Positions 48,741-58,161 of a stretch of 64,000 nucleotides of DNA are shown here, one piece after another (within the stretch, counting starts at the first letter, position 1; the number at the start of each line of letters is the position of its first letter). This DNA is from Chitinophaga pinensis (GTDB lineage Bacteria > Bacteroidota > Bacteroidia > M30B66). Position numbers and translations under genes: made by a program. The notes below the pieces were generated by a model. It worked only from the letters and a program-made list of their open reading frames with translations. It did not search any database and had not been told where the DNA came from. The DNA is taken from the NCBI GenBank assembly GCA_945883545.1, contig CAMCXT010000006.1, forward strand, positions 10,051-74,050, written 5' to 3'.

Positions 48741-51086
48741 TTGATTAATTTAGCTACCATGAAAAACTGGTTAGCTGTATTGATTTTCTTGCTATGCGCT
48801 ATGCAAGGAAACACACAATGCAGCATATCTGGAGAAGTTCGAGATCTAGAGAACCATCAAATTCCCTTTGGTTTGGTCGTATGGCTCAAATCTTCCGAGG
48901 GCAAACAGGCTGATGAACATGGAAAATTTCAGTTGCCGTGTTCGGATCGAAACGACGACACTTTACTCATACAATCGATTGGTTACAAGGATGTTCAAAT
49001 TCCCCGGAGGGATATAACTACAGATCAACCCCTCGTTGTTCGGATGAAATTGGTCCCGAACGATTTAGAAACCATGGTAATTTCAGCCAATCGAGAAGCT
49101 ATTCGATTACGTGATGCGCCGGTGTTGATCGATGTGATCGACAGTAGGCTCTTCGATGCTACGCAGAGTATAAGTTTGAGTGAAGGCCTCAAATTTTCGC
49201 CCGGATTAAGAGTGGAAAACAATTGTCAAAATTGCGGTTTTAGTAGCGTTCGGATGAATGGTCTTCCTGGTGCTTATGCGCAAATCTTGATCAACAGCCG
49301 TCCAGTTTACAGTGCCTTTAGCAGCGTGTATGGTTTGGAGCAAATTCCACCCGCCATGATCGACCGCGTGGAGGTGATGCGAGGCGGTGGTTCGGTTTTG
49401 TATGGTGGAAATGCGATCGCGGGAACGATCAATATCATTACAAAAGATCCGATTGAAAACGGTTGGACGGCAGGAAGCACTTATGCCCTCACCCACTTCA
49501 GCAAACCAGATTACTACGGATATCTGAATGGTTCGGCGGTTTCGAAATCGATGAAGTCGGGCATTTCGGGCTTTGTTTCTCGCCGCGATCGGACGGCTTG
49601 GGATGCGTCAAATGATGGATTTTCAGAGATTCCGATCCTGAAGAATTTCGTTTCTGGATTGAACATGTTTCATTTGCCATCAGAAAATTCCCGACTGGCT
49701 GCAAGCATTCGATTGATCGATGACCTGCGTCGTGGAGGATCGGAATTAAACCTGAAGCCACATGAAAGTCGCATCGCTGAAATGGCCAACCACCGTGTGA
49801 TCGGTGCAGATTTATCCTATGAAATCAATTCAAAAAATGACGCTTGGAAAGCTGCAATTTATGGATCTAGTCAATTAACACATCGAGATTCGTATTACGG
49901 GAGTTCACTTTCAAGCTTTCCTGAAAAACAATATGGTAAAGCGCGAGATGTTGTGCATGCCTCTGGCGTTCAGTTTAGCTTCCGCTGGCCGAAGTTGCGT
50001 TCTGTTTTGATGTTGGGCACTGAATACCTAAACAACAGGATTCTAGACGATTATCCCGGATTTATGCGGCAAATCAACCAACATGTGGCTACTTCTGGAA
50101 ACTATTTTCAATGGCAACTTGATCTTCATCGGAAGTGGATGATCAACGCAGGCGTTCGGTATGATCATGTAAAGATTGATGGATTGTACGATTTTGAGGG
50201 CAGCAGTTTGAAGAACGACAAAACACTTCAAGTGCCCAACTTGCGGTTCACATCCAAGTTCAAGGCACGTTCAAATTGGGATCTTCGGCTCAATCTAGCT
50301 TCCGGTTATCGTGCACCACAGGCATTCGATGAAGACCTTCACATCGATGTTGTTGGAGGAAATCCTCGGTTTGTAAAACTGGCAGAAAATCTCAAACCAG
50401 AAAGGTCGGTGAGTGGAAGTTTCACCTCAGATGTAGATTTAAAACGTCCGAAAGGGAATTGGGAATTGGTGCAGGAATTTTTCATTACCAACCTAATGAG
50501 ACCATTTATTCTAGCCGATTTGCAAACCACATCAACTGGAGTTTTGGTAGTTGAAAAGCGCAATGGCGAAGGCGCACAAGTAGCCGGAATAAATCTAGAA
50601 TTCAAGTATCAACATCGAAAAAATGGAAGCTTAGAGTTTGGCCTTACCTGGCAACATGCCTTGTATTTAAATGAGGAAATTCTTTGGGAAAGTGGATCAA
50701 CAGTGGTTTCTACACGAAAAATCCTTAGAACACCGAACTTGTATGGTTTCTTGAGTAGTTCGTTTAATCTAGGAAAGAAATCTGCTTTCAATTATTCGGC
50801 AGTTTTTACGGGCAAAATGCTGGTTCCACATGTAAAAGACGCGCAAACTGGCTTTCAAGAAATTGTTGAAACGCCTGTTTTTATTGATTTAGGTTTGAAG
50901 TACAGTTACACTTGGATCGAGAAAAAGAAATTCTATTTCATTACTGAAATTGGCATACAAAACATCTTGAATAGCTATCAGCGGGATTTCGACAATGGGA
51001 TTGAACGTGATGCTGCTTATGTTTACGGACCGATGCGACCTGCAACACTAATGTTAAGCTTCAAACTTGGAAGCAACAAACCATAA
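48741..51086 (+). CDS. TonB-dependent outer-membrane receptor with an N-terminal carboxypeptidase-regulatory-like domain. The likely start is MKNWLAVLIFLL at 48759.
   Basis: The signal peptide is followed by a CarbopepD_reg-like segment (ISGEVRDLENHQIPFGLVVWLKSS...GKFQL). It has a plug domain (DRVEVMRGGGSVLYGGNAIAGTINIIT) and a C-terminal barrel ending in an aromatic-rich segment. 781 aa. Confidence 0.8.
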   Translation: MINLATMKNWLAVLIFLLCAMQGNTQCSISGEVRDLENHQIPFGLVVWLKSSEGKQADEHGKFQLPCSDRNDDTLLIQSIGYKDVQIPRRDITTDQPLVVRMKLVPNDLETMVISANREAIRLRDAPVLIDVIDSRLFDATQSISLSEGLKFSPGLRVENNCQNCGFSSVRMNGLPGAYAQILINSRPVYSAFSSVYGLEQIPPAMIDRVEVMRGGGSVLYGGNAIAGTINIITKDPIENGWTAGSTYALTHFSKPDYYGYLNGSAVSKSMKSGISGFVSRRDRTAWDASNDGFSEIPILKNFVSGLNMFHLPSENSRLAASIRLIDDLRRGGSELNLKPHESRIAEMANHRVIGADLSYEINSKNDAWKAAIYGSSQLTHRDSYYGSSLSSFPEKQYGKARDVVHASGVQFSFRWPKLRSVLMLGTEYLNNRILDDYPGFMRQINQHVATSGNYFQWQLDLHRKWMINAGVRYDHVKIDGLYDFEGSSLKNDKTLQVPNLRFTSKFKARSNWDLRLNLASGYRAPQAFDEDLHIDVVGGNPRFVKLAENLKPERSVSGSFTSDVDLKRPKGNWELVQEFFITNLMRPFILADLQTTSTGVLVVEKRNGEGAQVAGINLEFKYQHRKNGSLEFGLTWQHALYLNEEILWESGSTVVSTRKILRTPNLYGFLSSSFNLGKKSAFNYSAVFTGKMLVPHVKDAQTGFQEIVETPVFIDLGLKYSYTWIEKKKFYFITEIGIQNILNSYQRDFDNGIERDAAYVYGPMRPATLMLSFKLGSNKP

Positions 51087-51107
51087 AAAATGGCTTAGTT
51101 TTGTGGC

Positions 51108-52904
51108 ATGATTTCACAGTATCAAGCTTCGGGTTGGATGGCTTTGCGGTTTAAGTTTCTGAAATGGAGACTTCGCCACATTAGCAACCGGAATTTCTTG
51201 ATGGGCTTGAGCATTCTTGTCGGTTTGGTTTGTGGACTTGCAGCGGTGTTACTGAAGAATATCGTACACAAGATTCAAGATTATCTACAGTACTCCGTTA
51301 CATTCGAGTACCACAAAGTCATTTATTTTATTCTGCCTCTGATTGGCATTCTGCTTACAGCACTGATCATCAAGCGTTTTTTGAATGGTAAATTGGGGCG
51401 CGGACTCGGACCGATTATTGAAAACATAACCCGAAGAGGCTCCCGAATCGAACAACATAAAACATGGTCGCATTTGGCAACGAGTGCAGTTACCGCGGGA
51501 TTCGGTGGTTCGGCGGGATTGGAAGCGCCGATTGTGGTGACGGGTTCTGCGATTGGATCGAATATTGGCTTGTTAGCACATCTCAATTACCGTGAGCGAA
51601 CCTTATTGTTAGGATGCGGGGCTGCAGCAGGTATTTCGGCTGTATTTAATTGCCCTATTGCTGGTGTAATTTTCGCTTTTGAAGTGTTGCTCGAAGGTTT
51701 TACAGTACCTGCCTTCATCCCATTGCTTTTATCATCGGCTACAGCAGCAGTGGTATCAAGGTTTTTCTATTCTGATCGTTTGTTTTATTTGATCACCGAC
51801 GATTGGGCTGTGAGTCAACTGCCATTTTACACCTTGTTGGGATTTTTGTGTGGATTGGTTTCGGTGTATATGACCAGAACCACTTTGAAAATTGAGGCTC
51901 GTTTGGGAGGCTGGAAAAGCTTGTATGGAAAGGCAATTGTGGGCGGATTGAGTCTTGGTGCCTTAATATTTTTACTTCCACCCTTGTATGGTGAAGGCTA
52001 TACTGCCATTCAGAATTTGCTCAATGGAAATTATACCTTTTTGATGCGGGATACTCTGCTGGAAGGGCTTCCGATAGAATGGACCTTATTGGCAGGATTG
52101 GCAGCATTGATTGTTATTTTCAAAGTGATCGCTGCGGCTTTAACCATTGCTTCTGGCGGCAACGGAGGCATTTTCGCACCGAGTTTGTTTACGGGTTCTA
52201 TGCTTGGTTTCAGCTTTTCTTATTCGGTGAACCAAACTGGAATTATCCAACTGCCCGTAACATCGTTTGTTGCAACAGCGATGGCCGGAATTCTGAGTGG
52301 GGTTGTGCATGCTCCTCTTACAGGCATCTTTTTAATTGCTGAAATTACTGGCGGTTACAACTTATTTGTTCCCTTGATGATTGTTTCGGCAAGTTCGTTT
52401 TTCATCGCCAGGTTGATGGAGCCATATTCGGTTTACACAAGTAAATTGGCGAAGAAAGGCTTGATTGGAGCACAAAAGAAAGACAATACCGTTCTTCGTG
52501 CGATGCGATTGAAGTCGTTTGTGCGAAAATCGGGACAACCGTTAAGTCCCAACACGAGTTTGGGAGAATTGGTGGCATTGCTTCAAAAGAATCAAGATGA
52601 TTACTTTCCAGTATTGGATGAAAAGCAGCATTTTGTGGGAATGGTTCAATTGGACAAAAACCGAGAATTACTTTTTAATGCAGAACTTTACAAAACAACT
52701 TTCGTAAGAGATTTTATGTTCGAGCCTCCATTCAAAATTGCAGTGAACGAGAATCTTGAAAGTGTATTTAAAAAACTGGAAGACAGCGAAATGGAGTGCT
52801 TGCCTGTTTTAGATCAAAATATTTTTGGAGGTTTTATCTTCAAATCAGAATTATTGGAAGGATATCGCCATAAATTGATCCGTCAATCGAGAGAACTGAG
52901 TTGA
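51108..52904 (+). CDS. ClC family voltage-gated chloride channel / H+-anion antiporter homologue with C-terminal CBS pair.
   Basis: Multi-TM N-terminal ~440 aa carry ClC-like filter motifs in divergent form (GRGLGPI; GSAGLEAPIVV; GGIFAPSLFTGS). The C-terminal ~140 aa resemble a CBS pair. Confidence 0.7.
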   Translation: MISQYQASGWMALRFKFLKWRLRHISNRNFLMGLSILVGLVCGLAAVLLKNIVHKIQDYLQYSVTFEYHKVIYFILPLIGILLTALIIKRFLNGKLGRGLGPIIENITRRGSRIEQHKTWSHLATSAVTAGFGGSAGLEAPIVVTGSAIGSNIGLLAHLNYRERTLLLGCGAAAGISAVFNCPIAGVIFAFEVLLEGFTVPAFIPLLLSSATAAVVSRFFYSDRLFYLITDDWAVSQLPFYTLLGFLCGLVSVYMTRTTLKIEARLGGWKSLYGKAIVGGLSLGALIFLLPPLYGEGYTAIQNLLNGNYTFLMRDTLLEGLPIEWTLLAGLAALIVIFKVIAAALTIASGGNGGIFAPSLFTGSMLGFSFSYSVNQTGIIQLPVTSFVATAMAGILSGVVHAPLTGIFLIAEITGGYNLFVPLMIVSASSFFIARLMEPYSVYTSKLAKKGLIGAQKKDNTVLRAMRLKSFVRKSGQPLSPNTSLGELVALLQKNQDDYFPVLDEKQHFVGMVQLDKNRELLFNAELYKTTFVRDFMFEPPFKIAVNENLESVFKKLEDSEMECLPVLDQNIFGGFIFKSELLEGYRHKLIRQSRELS

Positions 52905-52934
52905 AAATTTTACATTTACGCAAAATCATATTCT

Positions 52935-53300
52935 ATGAGCTTCGAGATGCCTGAAGGAAAATTATACGATCTCACCATGATCAAAGAGATCGCGCATGGA
53001 AACAACGATTTCGTTAAGAAAATGATGCAGTTGTTTCTGGATACAATCCCACCAGCATTGAGTGAAATGAATCAGCATATCGCTGATGCCAATTGGCCAT
53101 CACTTGGATCTGTAGCGCACAAAATCAAACCATCTATTGATACGATGGGGATTGATTTGTTGAAAGAAGACATTCGAACTTTAGAAAAAAATGGCAAGGA
53201 TTCGATCAACTTAGATGATATCCAACCACTTATGAATAAATTGGAATTGGTGATCGGGAGAATTTTCGATCAACTCAGAGAGGAAATGGCAACGATGTAA
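52935..53300 (+). CDS. Histidine-containing phosphotransfer (Hpt) domain protein, stand-alone.
   Basis: HKIKPSIDTMGI contains the Hpt phospho-His motif (HxxKxS). The length of 121 aa and the helical character fit Hpt. Confidence 0.6.
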   Translation: MSFEMPEGKLYDLTMIKEIAHGNNDFVKKMMQLFLDTIPPALSEMNQHIADANWPSLGSVAHKIKPSIDTMGIDLLKEDIRTLEKNGKDSINLDDIQPLMNKLELVIGRIFDQLREEMATM

Positions 53301-53306
53301 ACGTCG

Positions 53307-54101
53307 TTATTTCACACTGATTAGTTCAACATTAAAAATCAATCGTGCTTTAGGTGGAATCAGTGGTGGACGACCAGATTCACCATATGCTAGTTCGTAA
53401 GGGATAGACAATAAGGCCATTCCACCAACATTCAAATTTGAGATTCCTTCATCCCATCCCCGAATCACCATTCCTGTTCCTAAACGGAAGGAAATTGGCT
53501 GTCCTTTAAGCACCGAAGAATCGAAGATATCTCCATTTTCAAGGAAGCCTGTGTAATGTACTTCTACAGTTTTGCCCCGTTCGGCCTTAGCTCCATCTCC
53601 TTGTTCTAAAACACAATATTGAAGTCCACTCTGCGAGGTAATCGTTTTTTTTCCTTTGGTAATGAATTGTTTGGGCGCAAAATCCTTGAACACTTCAATG
53701 ATATCGATCTCAAAAACCAAAAAAGATCCAGAAGGAATTTTCGGCATTGGTGTATCTCCATAACCTAAATCGGGAGGAATGGTAATTTGAGCCTTATCAC
53801 CAACCTTTAAAAACAAAAAGGATTGATCCCAACCTGAAATCACTTGATTCATCCCAAGCACAAATTCAAAGGGTTGGTTTCGCTCAAAAGAGCTGTCGAA
53901 AATTCGACCATCCACCAATGCACCTTTGTAGTGCAGTTTCACCTTGTCGCCTTTGTTGAGCGTTTTCCCTTTCCCCGATTTGGTTAATAGAATCTTGATG
54001 CCATTGGGTGATACTAACTCTTCATTCACTTTGAGTTTGGTTACCTGAGCTGAAATCTGAGTGGAGATAATAAGGATAAATAAATAAATCAGCTTTTTCA
54101 T
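53307..54101 (-). CDS. FKBP-type peptidyl-prolyl cis-trans isomerase with tandem FKBP domains, secreted.
   Basis: It has a signal peptide. Two FKBP modules each carry the motif pattern (VKLHYKGALVDGRIFDSS...QVISGWDQ; VEVHYTGFLENGDIFDSS...MVIRGWDEGI). Confidence 0.8.
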   Translation of the reverse strand: MKKLIYLFILIISTQISAQVTKLKVNEELVSPNGIKILLTKSGKGKTLNKGDKVKLHYKGALVDGRIFDSSFERNQPFEFVLGMNQVISGWDQSFLFLKVGDKAQITIPPDLGYGDTPMPKIPSGSFLVFEIDIIEVFKDFAPKQFITKGKKTITSQSGLQYCVLEQGDGAKAERGKTVEVHYTGFLENGDIFDSSVLKGQPISFRLGTGMVIRGWDEGISNLNVGGMALLSIPYELAYGESGRPPLIPPKARLIFNVELISVK

Positions 54102-54113
54102 AGGGTAGATTTC

Positions 54114-55028
54114 TTATTCAACTTTGAGCAGTTCTACATCAAATACCAATGTTGAAAATGGGGGGATTGACCCCATGTTTCTTCCACCGTAACCAATTGA
54201 TGAAGGAATGATCAATTTTGCTTTTGCTCCAGGGCTCAACATTGCAATGCCTTCGTCCCATCCTTGAATCACTTGACCTTTCCCGATGGTGAAGCTAAAC
54301 GGCTCTCCTCTGTCAACGCTAGAATCGAATTTAGTACCATTCACCAAATATCCAGTATAATGAACTGTAACTTTTTGTCCAACAGTTGGTTTCGCTCCTG
54401 AACCTTCTTGCGAGACTACAGCAATAAGTCCAGAATTTGTAGGTGCTTGGGTGATGTTATTGGCTTTCAAATATTCATCACGACTGTTCTTTTCATCAAA
54501 GCTTTTTTGACTCATTTCTGCTTCTTTTTTAGCATTTTCAACTTTACGTTTCTCTTCAACTACCGCCTTTGGCGTGAGTTCGATGAGTTTAATATTGAAG
54601 AGGAATTTATCATCCTTGCGAACACCTTCTGGAATCCCTCTAGAACCTGCCGATTTCAATAAAAACGAGTCTGCAGGAACAATAAATTGTGCGCTATCCC
54701 CTTCGGCCATCAAAAACATGCCTTCCATCAAATCGCCCTTGTAAATTGGTTTTACAACACCCACTTGAACCACCTTGTCTGGTAGATTCTGAGAAGTAAA
54801 AATCAATGAATCTTGTTTCCCTCCTCTGTGCATGTAATAGCTGAGATTTAGCTTTAAGAAATCACCTTCGGATGCGGTAACTTTTCCATTTCCTTTTTTA
54901 ACGGATTTATAAAGAATACCATTAGGCATTGTTTTAAAATCTTTGTTCGAAGGAGCGTCGATAAATGTTTGTGCAATCGAAGATGAGCTAATCGCAACAG
55001 CTAGTGTGATGGTTGATAGTTTTAACAT
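54114..55028 (-). CDS. FKBP-type peptidyl-prolyl cis-trans isomerase (FkpA-like: N-terminal domain plus C-terminal FKBP), secreted.
   Basis: The C-terminal module is VTVHYTGYLVNGTKFDSSVDRGEPFSFTIGKGQVIQGWDEGIAML...LIIPSSIGYG. It has a signal peptide. Confidence 0.8.
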   Translation of the reverse strand: MLKLSTITLAVAISSSSIAQTFIDAPSNKDFKTMPNGILYKSVKKGNGKVTASEGDFLKLNLSYYMHRGGKQDSLIFTSQNLPDKVVQVGVVKPIYKGDLMEGMFLMAEGDSAQFIVPADSFLLKSAGSRGIPEGVRKDDKFLFNIKLIELTPKAVVEEKRKVENAKKEAEMSQKSFDEKNSRDEYLKANNITQAPTNSGLIAVVSQEGSGAKPTVGQKVTVHYTGYLVNGTKFDSSVDRGEPFSFTIGKGQVIQGWDEGIAMLSPGAKAKLIIPSSIGYGGRNMGSIPPFSTLVFDVELLKVE

Positions 55029-55031
55029 AAA

Positions 55032-55976
55032 TTATTGAGCCTTTAACAATTGAACTTCAAAAACAAGGGGTGCGAACGGTGGAATATCTCCGCCAGCACC
55101 ATTAGATCCATAACCTAAAACAGAAGGAATAACAAAAGTAGCAGTACCGCCAACATTCATCATTGATACACCTTCGTCCCAACCTGCAATCACTTCACCT
55201 TTTCCGAGTGTAAATTCAAATGGCTGACCATGGTCGAAGCTTGAATCGAATTTCTTACCATTCAATAGGTAACCGGTATAATTGAGTGTAACCTTCTGGC
55301 CTTTCTGCGCTTTCTTGCCATTTCCTTTTTCAACTTCCACGTATACCAAGCCACTTGGATTTGGCTTGGCAGTGATTTTCTTCTTTTCAAGGTATGCTTG
55401 GAGATCAGATGCTTCGCTAGCTTGCAATTCATCTAGTTTAGCCTTGTCGATTCCTGATTTTGAAGACTGAGCTTCAGAGATCATTTTGATGGTTTCTTCT
55501 TTCGTTTTTATATCCTTGATACCAAAGTGAAACAACAATTCTGAACCTGGCTTGATGCCTTCTGGAATTTTCTCCATTTTATTGGATACAAGGAAAAATG
55601 AATCTGCTGAAACGATAAATGAAGCGGAGTCTCCAATATGTAATTTAGCAACACCTTCCATTAAATCGCCTGCATATTCTGGCTTTACAACTTGAATAAA
55701 TTTAATTCCTCCGGGAAAATCAGGCATTTCATTTGAATCATAAAGCATCGAATCTTTTTTACCTTCGGCGCCTTTCACAAACAATTGCATTTTACACCAA
55801 AGGATGTCTCCTTCTTTAGGGGTTTTGGTTGCTCCGCTTTCCTTATGCATGGCGCAGTACAATCCAGTTTCGCTTTCTTCAAACCCTTCATGACGGGATT
55901 TCATACAAGCACTTAAAAACACCATTCCAATACCTGCAATAACCAGGCTTCTTAAATTCATTTTTCTCTGTGTCAT
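55032..55976 (-). CDS. FKBP-type peptidyl-prolyl cis-trans isomerase lipoprotein.
   Basis: Lipobox MVFLSACMK. The C-terminal FKBP module is VTLNYTGYLLNGKKFDSSFDHGQPFEFTLGKGEVIAGWDEGVSMM. Confidence 0.8.
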   Translation of the reverse strand: MTQRKMNLRSLVIAGIGMVFLSACMKSRHEGFEESETGLYCAMHKESGATKTPKEGDILWCKMQLFVKGAEGKKDSMLYDSNEMPDFPGGIKFIQVVKPEYAGDLMEGVAKLHIGDSASFIVSADSFFLVSNKMEKIPEGIKPGSELLFHFGIKDIKTKEETIKMISEAQSSKSGIDKAKLDELQASEASDLQAYLEKKKITAKPNPSGLVYVEVEKGNGKKAQKGQKVTLNYTGYLLNGKKFDSSFDHGQPFEFTLGKGEVIAGWDEGVSMMNVGGTATFVIPSVLGYGSNGAGGDIPPFAPLVFEVQLLKAQ

Positions 55977-56500
55977 TCTTTTAAATCAATCAGTTCAATG
56001 TCATATACGATTGGACTTCTGGCTGGAATCTTATTGTTATCGCCTGTGAGTCCGTGAGCAAGATGCGAAGGTAAAATAAATTTGGCTATTCCTCCTTTAG
56101 CAAGTTTCTTAATCCCTTCATGCAAACCACTTTCAACATTGTCATGATCAACAACGAATGTTTCATTTCCGGTTGAATCTGATGAATAGCAGATTGTTCC
56201 ATCGAGAAGTGAGGTTTTAAACTTCACTGTGGCTTTCATGTTTGCGGCAGCTTTTTTACCAGCTCCTTCGTTGATTATTCTATAACGCAGACCTGTTCCA
56301 GTTCTCTCCATTTGAAGATTATAGCGATTCACATATGAAGTAATTTCTGCATCTTCTTGCTTTGCCATCGATTTGCCAGCCTGAATAGATTGCTCTTGAC
56401 TTGGCGTGGTTCCTTCGTGATTTGGTTTGTTTTTCTGACCGCAAGCGGACAATACAACCAAAAAGAAAATTGAATAGATAATGTTTCTCATCGGAATCAA
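55973..56500 (-). CDS. Small FKBP-type PPIase lipoprotein and a GldI-like candidate (gliding-motility lipoprotein).
   Basis: Lipobox FFLVVLSACGQ, 175 aa, single FKBP module (ATVKFKTSLLDGTICYSSDSTGNETFVVDHDNVESGLHEGIKKL). Its size and lipoprotein nature resemble F. johnsoniae GldI. The gldI assignment is inference only. Confidence 0.55.
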   Translation of the reverse strand: MIPMRNIIYSIFFLVVLSACGQKNKPNHEGTTPSQEQSIQAGKSMAKQEDAEITSYVNRYNLQMERTGTGLRYRIINEGAGKKAAANMKATVKFKTSLLDGTICYSSDSTGNETFVVDHDNVESGLHEGIKKLAKGGIAKFILPSHLAHGLTGDNNKIPARSPIVYDIELIDLKE

Positions 56501-57525
56501 GCGTTTAATTTATCAGCATATTGGGGAAGCACTTGATGAAGTTTTGAGATTGCGTCATCTAATTTCCCAAAGTAAACTCCTCCAGCGGCATTTTCGTGTC
56601 CACCACCCTCAAAATTTGCCCTAGAAAATTCATTCACCGAAAAGTTTCCAGTGGATCGGAATGAGATTCTAATCTTTCCTTTTCTTTCGCTCATCAGAAC
56701 GCCCATTTTGGTTCCTGTGATGCTTAGCGCATAATTCACCAATCCTTCAAGGTCGCCTTCTTGGTAATTGTATCGCTCCAATTCCTCTGTACTTAAACTG
56801 ATGTAAGCTGTTTTGTATTGAGGGAGCACAACAAGTTTCGACATGAATGCATAGCCCCACATTTGAATTTTGGAGTAAGAATTTTGATTGAACAAATGCT
56901 CATGAATTTCCCAATGTCGAATATTTGCCTTCAACAAAGAAGCTGCAATGATATGCGTTTCGGGAGTTGTGGCACTAAATCGAAACGAGCCTGTATCAGT
57001 CATTATGCCTGTGTACAAGCAGGTTGCAGTAAATTGATCAGGGGTTTCCTGCATCCCAAGTGTTCTACAAAAACGATAAACCATTTCACAAGTGGAACTT
57101 GCCGATGTTTGTGAACCTACATATTTCACAAATGGTTCAGGTTGTTGGTGATGATCGATCATTACGGCATGGCAGCGGGATGCCGTTTCCCGTAGAAGTT
57201 CTTCAAGATCCCCTACCCTTCCAGGATGATTAAAATCTAGACAAAATAGCAAGTCGGTGGCTTGTAGCACTTCTGTTGCTTTTTCCTTCATTACATCGAA
57301 CACCAAAATAGAATCGCTGCTTGGTAAAAAGTCCAACGATTCTGGGAAAGCATCAGGCACAATTACGGAAATTTGTTTACTAAAAAGCGACATGAAAGCG
57401 TGCTTTAAACCGAGGCTTGAGCCCAATGCATCTCCGTCAGGACTTTTGTGTGTAACAACGGTAATTGTATTTGAATGCAATATCAGATTGCGAATTTCGG
57501 CGAGCTGTGAATCGTTAAAAAACAT
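56497..57525 (-). CDS. nrnA: DHH/DHHA1 phosphoesterase, NrnA-like (bifunctional oligoribonuclease / pAp phosphatase).
   Basis: DHH motifs ITVVTHKSPDGDALGS and MIDHH. The C-terminal DHHA1 domain has the GGGH motif (EGGGHENAAGG). Confidence 0.8.
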   Translation of the reverse strand: MFFNDSQLAEIRNLILHSNTITVVTHKSPDGDALGSSLGLKHAFMSLFSKQISVIVPDAFPESLDFLPSSDSILVFDVMKEKATEVLQATDLLFCLDFNHPGRVGDLEELLRETASRCHAVMIDHHQQPEPFVKYVGSQTSASSTCEMVYRFCRTLGMQETPDQFTATCLYTGIMTDTGSFRFSATTPETHIIAASLLKANIRHWEIHEHLFNQNSYSKIQMWGYAFMSKLVVLPQYKTAYISLSTEELERYNYQEGDLEGLVNYALSITGTKMGVLMSERKGKIRISFRSTGNFSVNEFSRANFEGGGHENAAGGVYFGKLDDAISKLHQVLPQYADKLNA

Positions 57526-57639
57526 ATTGCAAACCTATGAAAATCGCTGAAAATAAAGGTCATTTGAAACCGTTAGAGAAAACACGGTTGATAAATCGGA
57601 GGAATCCTTTTATATTTACGAACTTAAATCATCCAAAGC

Positions 57640-58158
57640 ATGTTTGTTAGTGCACTTCGTTTAAAATCTTTCTTGGTTTATACCTTCTCTACAATTGCCG
57701 TTGGCGGGTTGCTAACACTTCATTCTTGCAAAGAGGAAGAGAAGCCAGAACCACCACCAACAGTTGTTGGATCTGCTGATGTGAATGGTTCTTACACTTC
57801 ATACACCAGGTCAACTTTCGATGTATCTCCAACCCCGGATGGAAGAATTTTAAATGAAATCACCCTCTCTCGTTCCGACAATTCTCAAATTGTGATTTCG
57901 TTTGTTGGTTCAGAATTGGGAGAATTCGAACTTCCAAATGCCGACACGCTGAACAACTGTAAATTTATCGACGCCAGCGACCGGGTTTTCAAGTCGGATA
58001 CAGGATTGATTGTTATCAACGATTATTACGTGAAAGATGGTATTGTAAACTGTTCAGGTGGATTTAATTTCGAAGGAGACTTTATCAATCCTACAACATT
58101 AATCAGAACCAACGTAGATGTAACTAACGGCGGATTTGTGAACGTTAAGAGCAAGTAA
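57640..58158 (+). CDS. Hypothetical lipoprotein.
   Basis: Signal plus lipobox LLTLHSCKEEEKPEPP. 172 aa. No motif. Confidence 0.45.
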   Translation: MFVSALRLKSFLVYTFSTIAVGGLLTLHSCKEEEKPEPPPTVVGSADVNGSYTSYTRSTFDVSPTPDGRILNEITLSRSDNSQIVISFVGSELGEFELPNADTLNNCKFIDASDRVFKSDTGLIVINDYYVKDGIVNCSGGFNFEGDFINPTTLIRTNVDVTNGGFVNVKSK

Positions 58159-58161
58159 TTT

